From positions 272,924,001-272,988,000 of the forward strand of contig OZ024742.1 in NCBI GenBank assembly GCA_964016885.1: a DNA stretch of 64,000 nt. Direction: 5' to 3'. Shown piece after piece: positions 57,420-64,000 of the stretch (position 1 is its first letter; every line of letters begins with the position of its first letter). Both the position numbers and the translations under genes were made by a program. The notes beneath the pieces are model-generated. The model had not been told where the DNA came from, did not search any database, and saw only the letters and a program-made list of their open reading frames with translations. This DNA comes from Eledone cirrhosa. Taxonomy: Eukaryota.

Positions 57420-58440
57420 CTTTCAAAACTTCTTCGTATCTTTAATAACGAAAACCTGGTGCATGCGATTTACTTTGGTCTATTATTCTATGGAAATCAC
57501 CACCATGTATAGATCTATATTTGCATCATTGTCGCGTTGTCGCGCAAGTTTATGATAATAAATGTAATTGGATGCAACGTCAATAATTTCAGCATTAGCT
57601 CACCATCGATTAATTGGTTTTTCTGACCCTTATCTTAGTTGGTTAGGCAGCAATTTCTCGAAGTTTATCAAACTTTCATTGACTTGGGGGGGCTCTATTA
57701 CATTAGTTAACTTTTACACTTAAAATAATCACCATCATTTGCGTTTACGGTCTGGCATCGCTTATGACGACAGACAATTCGACCCCTCTAAAATTCCTCT
57801 AGCTTCGATGCAAATAATGACGTTAGTCAATGATTTACTGTACTTCATTGGAATAGGTCTTTGATTGTATTTTATTGGTCATTGAGAGAAGAAGGTGATA
57901 TTCTATAGATGCAAAGTCTAGTGAATTCGGTAGGGCAGAAATTTCCAACATATCGCCAGCAAATTCTCTTGTGACATACTTGATTTTTGCAGCTCTGCAT
58001 TATGAAATAATCGAAGAGGATCATGGTGTGAGCGGTTCTGTTTGATTTTCACCGCTAATTTGTGAAGTTGTTGACTTTAGACGTCAGCGGTTATGCTGGT
58101 ATTCAGTGGGAGCGGCTCTAAGTGGGTGACACCTTTCTAGTCCCACTAGACGTTCAATAGCGCTTTGTAAGAGTGGAGGCCAACTTCAGTTTCCTGTTGT
58201 GGAGCACACTCATTATGAACACATGATCAGTTGCGTTTGGCATTAATGTAGGGACACAATTTTTCATCACTAGTGACAATGGAATAGTTGGTTGTGCGAT
58301 GGTAGAAGATTAGAGAAATCACACCTGCCGTCATTCACGACTGCGTTCGTCAGTCAGATTGGATGACATCCATTATTAAAGTTTGGACGTTTTCCGTATT
58401 TCATGCAAGAAATTGAGGATTACCCATTGAGAACTTCATT
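57420..58440 (-). mobile_element. Possible very old Gypsy pol remnant (RNase H to integrase start)
   Basis: Faint motifs in the expected order: LMPNATDH..SVL, KRY.T, PLTS, KIKYVT..DML.ISALPNSLDFASI; many stops. Confidence 0.35.
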
Positions 58441-58679
58441 GTCTAACATAGGAAAAAAACTTGCTTTTGAATTCAAACATCAACCAGCTAAATACGTATG
58501 TATGTCTCTGCATTTGTGTGTGTGTGTTTCTGCATGTATGAGTGTTATTGCATGTTGTGATCCGTATGCTTTGAGTTATATGTGCATATATGCATAAGTT
58601 ATATATATATACATGTGTGTATGCAGTTAATATATGCTGAATTTCTGAAATGTTTTTAAAAAATATATTTTACAGTTCC

Positions 58680-61300
58680 ATTAATGGACTGTACGTGCAA
58701 CTTCGTAATTCAATGCGTCTTTTCTGATCCTGTGAAGCCAAGCTTCTCAAGATTTGTAATGAAATAACTATTAACTTATCCAAGACACCAAGTTATCACA
58801 GATAAATTTCCAAAAGTTTAGTCATTGTGTAGTGTTTGCAGATTTCTTATTTGTTCAGAATAAATTATCTCCTTTCCGCTAATCTTTTGTGTTATATTGA
58901 TAATTGATTGGCAGCTGATTTACATTACTGTGCATGGCTTCTTTTTTCTGTGACATATCACATGTTTGTATTTTATTCAGATTTCCATTTGTATATTGCA
59001 CCAATACTATTTCATATTATTTATGCGTATGTTCTCCATATTACTGTAACACTTCATATGTTTGTTCCCAATGTTATCTTTTCTACGGATTATCTTGTGT
59101 ATTGTTTTGGTCACAAAACATCCCACGTGGGTAGATAGAGTAGTGATTAGAACTTTGGACAGATGTTAAAGTTATAGGTGACCATCTTCGAAATTTGTTC
59201 CGCAGGAGCCTTATCTGTTGTCATATTTATGTGAATTAAATGTTTCGTTGTTATTTCCTATTATTGGATTGCAAAACCATATAATTCAAAGTGAGAACGA
59301 ATATGTCGGTCGTTGGTCCAAGATAGACTATTTTGCTGAACTATATTATTTGCAATTTGAAGCTTTCTGGAAACAAAGCCATGTATCATATTTTGCTGAT
59401 AAGCTTGTAGCTTTTTATCAATGGATTAATTACAGTATTGGTGTTCGATATCGCTGGGCTGGAGCTTTTAGTAATCATTTAGGGAGTATTTCTCAAGGAA
59501 CAACGTCTCAACTATTATGATGTTATCGGTCTCATGTAGACAGACTTTTCTATATAGAGATACCTATGTTTGGTAATTCGGAGATGTTATGTATGATTGA
59601 TAAGAGGCAACACTAAAATACTGTTTTGACAGATGCTAAGCGTCTGCCTTGCTGTATGAGTTTCAGGTAGAGGCGGCCAATACCACTTTTGGTGTGCAAA
59701 CTTCCGATGCCGCTTAGAACTTTTCGGGGATTAACATCAGTGACAAAGATTCTATCTACCGTCCAGTCAAGTAGTCCAAGTAGTGGTGTCATCACAGGTA
59801 CAGCAAACACATTGTGTTCTACTGATTTATTGCGCGCAGAGAGATCAAATGATCATATATTTATTATTCGTATGTTATATTCCTTGTAACTCATTCCCGG
59901 TGAAACAATGAGGCCATTGATAGATGTTGCTACATTGTCGGGTAGTTTCCCTTCACTTTACAATCATATATCCCAGCCAAATTCCATTGCTATACATTTA
60001 GATAGCCTCATAATCAAGGTCGGGCTTTTCCTCATACCATGTATATCCTTGGTATAATGTTTCAGGTCATTTACAAATAAGTTATGTTTTAGGTTTGTGT
60101 TTTTGGCTTCCTGTGTATCAATTACATAACATTCATATTTGCCATCATAAAGGACAATGGGTTTATTGACAGTATGAATAGCATCACAAACTGACGCTCT
60201 CTTTGAAAAATAATCCTACGACATTATATTTTATGAGTGACACTATAGATCCCTTTCTCGGTATTTAAATTTAAGATAGTGTACAAGGAAAAGATATGGG
60301 CTCTGTTATTTTGATAATGATTTCTTTATATGGCTTTCATATCTCTATAGAATGACATTTGGTTTCAGCTGAATCGTTTATTAATCATTTTCAGCTGAAT
60401 CGTTTATTAATCATTTTCACTTTTTTCTCGTATCGAAATCTTACGCTGACTCCTCTTATTTCTTGCTTGGGGGTGATGAACGTTTATTTAAGGGTTCTAC
60501 TTCTAATGTCCCCAAATACAGTTTCTATTTCATGTTTCACTCTTCGTTGGTGAGGAATGTGCATTTTTGATTATGTCTACATGTGGTGAGTCAATTAACG
60601 ATAATTTTTTATTCTAGTTTTGTAATATATGATGGGTTATTTTCAGTTGTTTTGATTTTCATAACACATTTTGATCACAAACATAATGATTCACTCTCAT
60701 TTCTAGGATATATAGACAGAAGTTAACTTTTCAAAGTGTAGGGGCTTTAATTTGAAGCGAAACATTCACCTCGAAATACTTCGATAGATTATTTGGTTTC
60801 TTGTTTAATATTGTCGTTGTATGTCTATTTTTGAAAGGTTTCGAACACAAATTAATCATTGTTTGGAAAGTTTCGCTAACGATATATTCCAACTATTTAT
60901 ACGCGTCACTCCCCCTGATAACTGTAAACCTATTGTCATTGTCGTTATGTTGATGCTGGTGCTAAACGTGACTACGAGATATAAAAGTCTGTTTTGACAC
61001 GTGGTGTCAAATTTGTCACCGGCATTTTTGTTTCAAGTGATTATTTGTGTATTGCTGATGTATCTTGTTGAAGGTCGGTCTGACTACGAGAAAACATAGT
61101 AACATGGCGAAATGTAGTGACTCGCGTTGATTACATGCCCAGATCGAGGAAACTATTCACTTATTGTTGTTATTTGTAAGGATGTCACAATTACATTGTT
61201 GCGTTAAATAATGTTTATGTTATTTTTAGTTTCGACAAACGTTGCCTGTTGGCGTAATTTTTCGGCTTGGAAATAATTTAGCACTGAGTAAATTTTGTCC
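58680..61300 (-). mobile_element. R4/Dong-clade RLE retrotransposon, highly decayed (5' boundary uncertain)
   Basis: IFQ..LFILSINPLS, NLFVNDLK.Y, FAVPVMT..GLLDW..RKVL..GSLHTKSGIGRLYL..GRRL, SHFE.YGFAIQ, IYSEQIRNLQ..NLEKLG. Confidence 0.65.
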
Positions 61301-61383
61301 GAAACAAGCTTCATTCTGTTCATTTATTCAACAGATGGATTTATTATTTATACACTTTATTTTACTTTTGCTATGTTATAATA

Positions 61384-64000
61384 CAGTGATACATTGAGAT
61401 ACGAGTGAACCGACATTTGAGATAAGAGCCATCTCTCGGCTAATGTTTTGCCTTGTGATACGAGCTGAGTTTTGAGATACGAGCTACGAGCTAGCGGGTG
61501 CCTGAGAGGGGGTGCAGAATTAATTTCGCCACTGAATTAATTTCTCCCGGTGAACCTCAACCAAAGTTACTCCCGTCGTTTATATCCGTAAACTGACTAA
61601 AGATTAAAACAAATGTAATATATTTACGGTTAGGGTTGAATTAACCCTAACACTAACCATAACCCTAACCCCAACCATAAGCCTAAAAAATAACCTAACC
61701 CTAACCGTAAATATATTACATTTGTTTTAGGCACTTTACGGATATAAATGACGGGAGTAACTTTCGTTAGGGTTCACCGGACAAAATTAATTCAGTGGCC
61801 AAATTAACTCAGTAACCCCCTGAGAGCGGTCAGTCCACGTGGTACCCTCAGCGCGCGAGCATCTCTGTTATGTTACTATTGTGATTTAATTTCGATAAAA
61901 ATCTTAGTTTCAATCATGAGTCATAAGAAAGTTAGTGCTTAGAACACTGGCGAGAAAAAGAAAAGGATGATGTCTATGGATATTAAGCACGAAATCGTAA
62001 AAAAAACATTAGCGTGGTGTGCGTGTTATTGACTTGGCAAAGGAGTACGATCGTAGTACTTCTACAATATGTACTATTTTGAAACAAAAGGATTCAATAA
62101 AGGCTATGACACCAGCCAAGTGTGTTAAGATAATTTCTAAGCTCCGGACCTCTGTCCATGCAGAGATGAAAAAGTTGCTGTTGGGGTGGTTGACCGAGAA
62201 GCAGCTCGCTGGAGATACCGTAGCCGAGACCATCATCTGTGAGAAGGCACCTGTTATTTATGGAGTTTTGGTGCGGCAGCCGGCGGGATCATCCTCTGAC
62301 GAGGCATCGTAAGAGTTATTCAAAGCCAATAGGGGATGGTTTGATAATTTTAAAAAGAGGACTGGCATTCACTCCGTCGTCAAGAATGGTGAGGGTCAAG
62401 CTCAGATTTTACGGCAGCTGAAGAATTTACTTCATTTTTTGGTGAACTGGTAGAAGCCGAAGGTTACATCCCCCAGCAAGTCTTTAACTGTGACGAGACA
62501 GGGCTATTTTGGAAAAGAGATTCCAATGAGAACGTACATAACAGCAGAAGAGAAGAGCTTGCCAGGTTGATCCTTGCACTGTGTGCAAATGCGAGTGGTG
62601 ATTTAAAGATTAAATCGCTGCTCGCATATCACTCGGAAAACCCAAAGGCCTTTAAGAGTTATAAGATTCTTAAAGAAAAACGGCAGGTTATGTGGAGGGC
62701 AAACCCAAAGGCATGGGGCACCAGGGAGTTTTTTGTGCGGTGGGTAAAGCTGGTTTTGCTCCTGAAGTCAAGAAGTATCTTTTAGATAATAACCTGCCCC
62801 TGAAAGCCCTACTCGTCCTACATAATGCTCCAGGACACCCACCAAATCTCGAGGATGACATGTTTGAATAATTCAAGTTTATTAAGGTCTTGTACCTTCC
62901 AACCAACACCACCCCTAAACTTCATCCCAGGTGATTTCGAATTTTAAAAAGCTCTTCACCAAGCATCTCTTCCGGCGCTCCTTTGAGGTTATGAAAAACA
63001 CAAACCTCACCCTTCGAGAGTTCTGGAAAGAACATTACACTATCGTAGCCTGCTCAAAATTATAGACATGGCCTGGCATGGAAGAAGCTGTGGCCCGAGG
63101 TTGTGTCCGAAAGGGACTTTGAAGAATTCGAACCCGAACCCGAAGAGTTAGTGGAGGAGGAGATCGTGTCCATCGGAAAATCCATGGGCCTGGAAGTGTA
63201 CGAAGGAGACACTAACGACCTCATCGAAGAGCACAATGAGGAATTGACAACGGAGGAATTAAAGGAGCTACAGGACCAGCTGCATATAGAGATTTGGCAG
63301 GAAATTAATGAGGGGCCACAGTTAGAGGAGGTAGTAATCCCTTCAAGTGAAATTAAAGAAATGTTGGGAATTTGGGAGAAACTTAATGATTTTATTGACA
63401 AAAATCATACAGAATAATTTGGAACAAGTCGTGCGTCGGCACTGTTTAACGACACTTGCCTCACTCATTTCAGAAACATTTTAAAATGGAGGCAGAAACA
63501 AACCTCCTTGGATAGGGTTTTACTGAAACGCCCTCAAAGCGAATGCGAGGAAAGTATGGCCCAAAAGCCAAAAGTCAGTGAAGATGATAATGACAGTAAG
63601 AGAAATACCGTACGGTACGAAAAGAAAAAGAAAGTAAAAAACAAATAGCAATTAAGTTTAGCGATTAAGTGTAGCATAGTGTGTAAGTTAAATTTAGCAA
63701 TAAAAAATAGCATTAGTGAGTAAGTCAAGTTAAGAGATAGAGTGCAAAACAAAAAATATTTACAGCCTCCCCCGTCATTCTCCTCCACCTCTGCCAATCT
63801 CCTCCACCACCGCCATCTTTTCGTCTGATCTTGAAGGTAAATACACTTAATAAATTCAGTTTATTTCTTTACATTCTCTTTTTTTATGTTCTTATTATTT
63901 CATTATACATTATTTGTTATTTATAAAGTATATTTTGCTTATTAACAACACGTAACATAAATAAATTGGTGTGGTTTTGGGGGGTCAGAACGGATTAATA
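61384..64000 (+). mobile_element. Tigger/pogo DNA transposon, decayed transposase (~61916-63600); right TIR beyond window
   Basis: TA|CAGTGATACATTGAGATACGAG left end; RVIDLAKEYDRSTSTICTILK, FKANRGWFDNFKKR, QVFNCDETGLFWK, CANASGD, VLHNAPGHP, LPTNTT. Confidence 0.9.
61509..61819. mobile_element. MITE with ~130 bp imperfect TIRs, 7-8 bp TSD and telomere-like core, nested in Tigger
   Basis: (c)ctgagag repeated at 61501-61508 and 61819-61826; GGGG..CCCC termini; ttaggg/ccctaa units at 61629-61706. Confidence 0.85.

Noticed and set aside
61629-61706. True telomere or chromosome-fusion site
   Set aside because: Short, degenerate and enclosed by TIRs and a TSD, so part of a MITE.

Overview
AT-rich, microsatellite-laden eukaryotic genomic DNA, almost certainly intergenic or intronic. 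It is most likely from an octopod cephalopod (inferred from the tRNA-head SINEs and the RTE 5' leader). There is no confident host gene; nearly all ORF-track entries are microsatellite artefacts or fragments of decayed transposons. The window is a nested TE graveyard: at least six Penelope-like elements (PLEs) with RT and/or GIY-YIG remnants, five same-strand Tx1/L1-like LINE copies, two CRE-clade and two R4/Dong-clade RLE retrotransposons, two RTE LINEs, four Helitrons, a very decayed putative Gypsy pol, a Tigger/pogo transposon carrying a telomere-repeat MITE, and SINEs. The strongest signal is a recurring non-coding architecture found in several sequence-unrelated families. Each is a fold-back palindrome plus one unpaired 45-90 bp 3' tail, inserted in (TA)n, carrying hammerhead-ribozyme (HHR) cores, often on both strands, with a shared TGAGTRCY motif in many tails. 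Alongside these are a partial-tandem retrozyme-like unit with a complete HHR, PHD fingers inside CRE and RTE ORFs, and a conserved structured 5' leader in the CRE elements. All coordinates, translations and folds were read by eye and are approximate.
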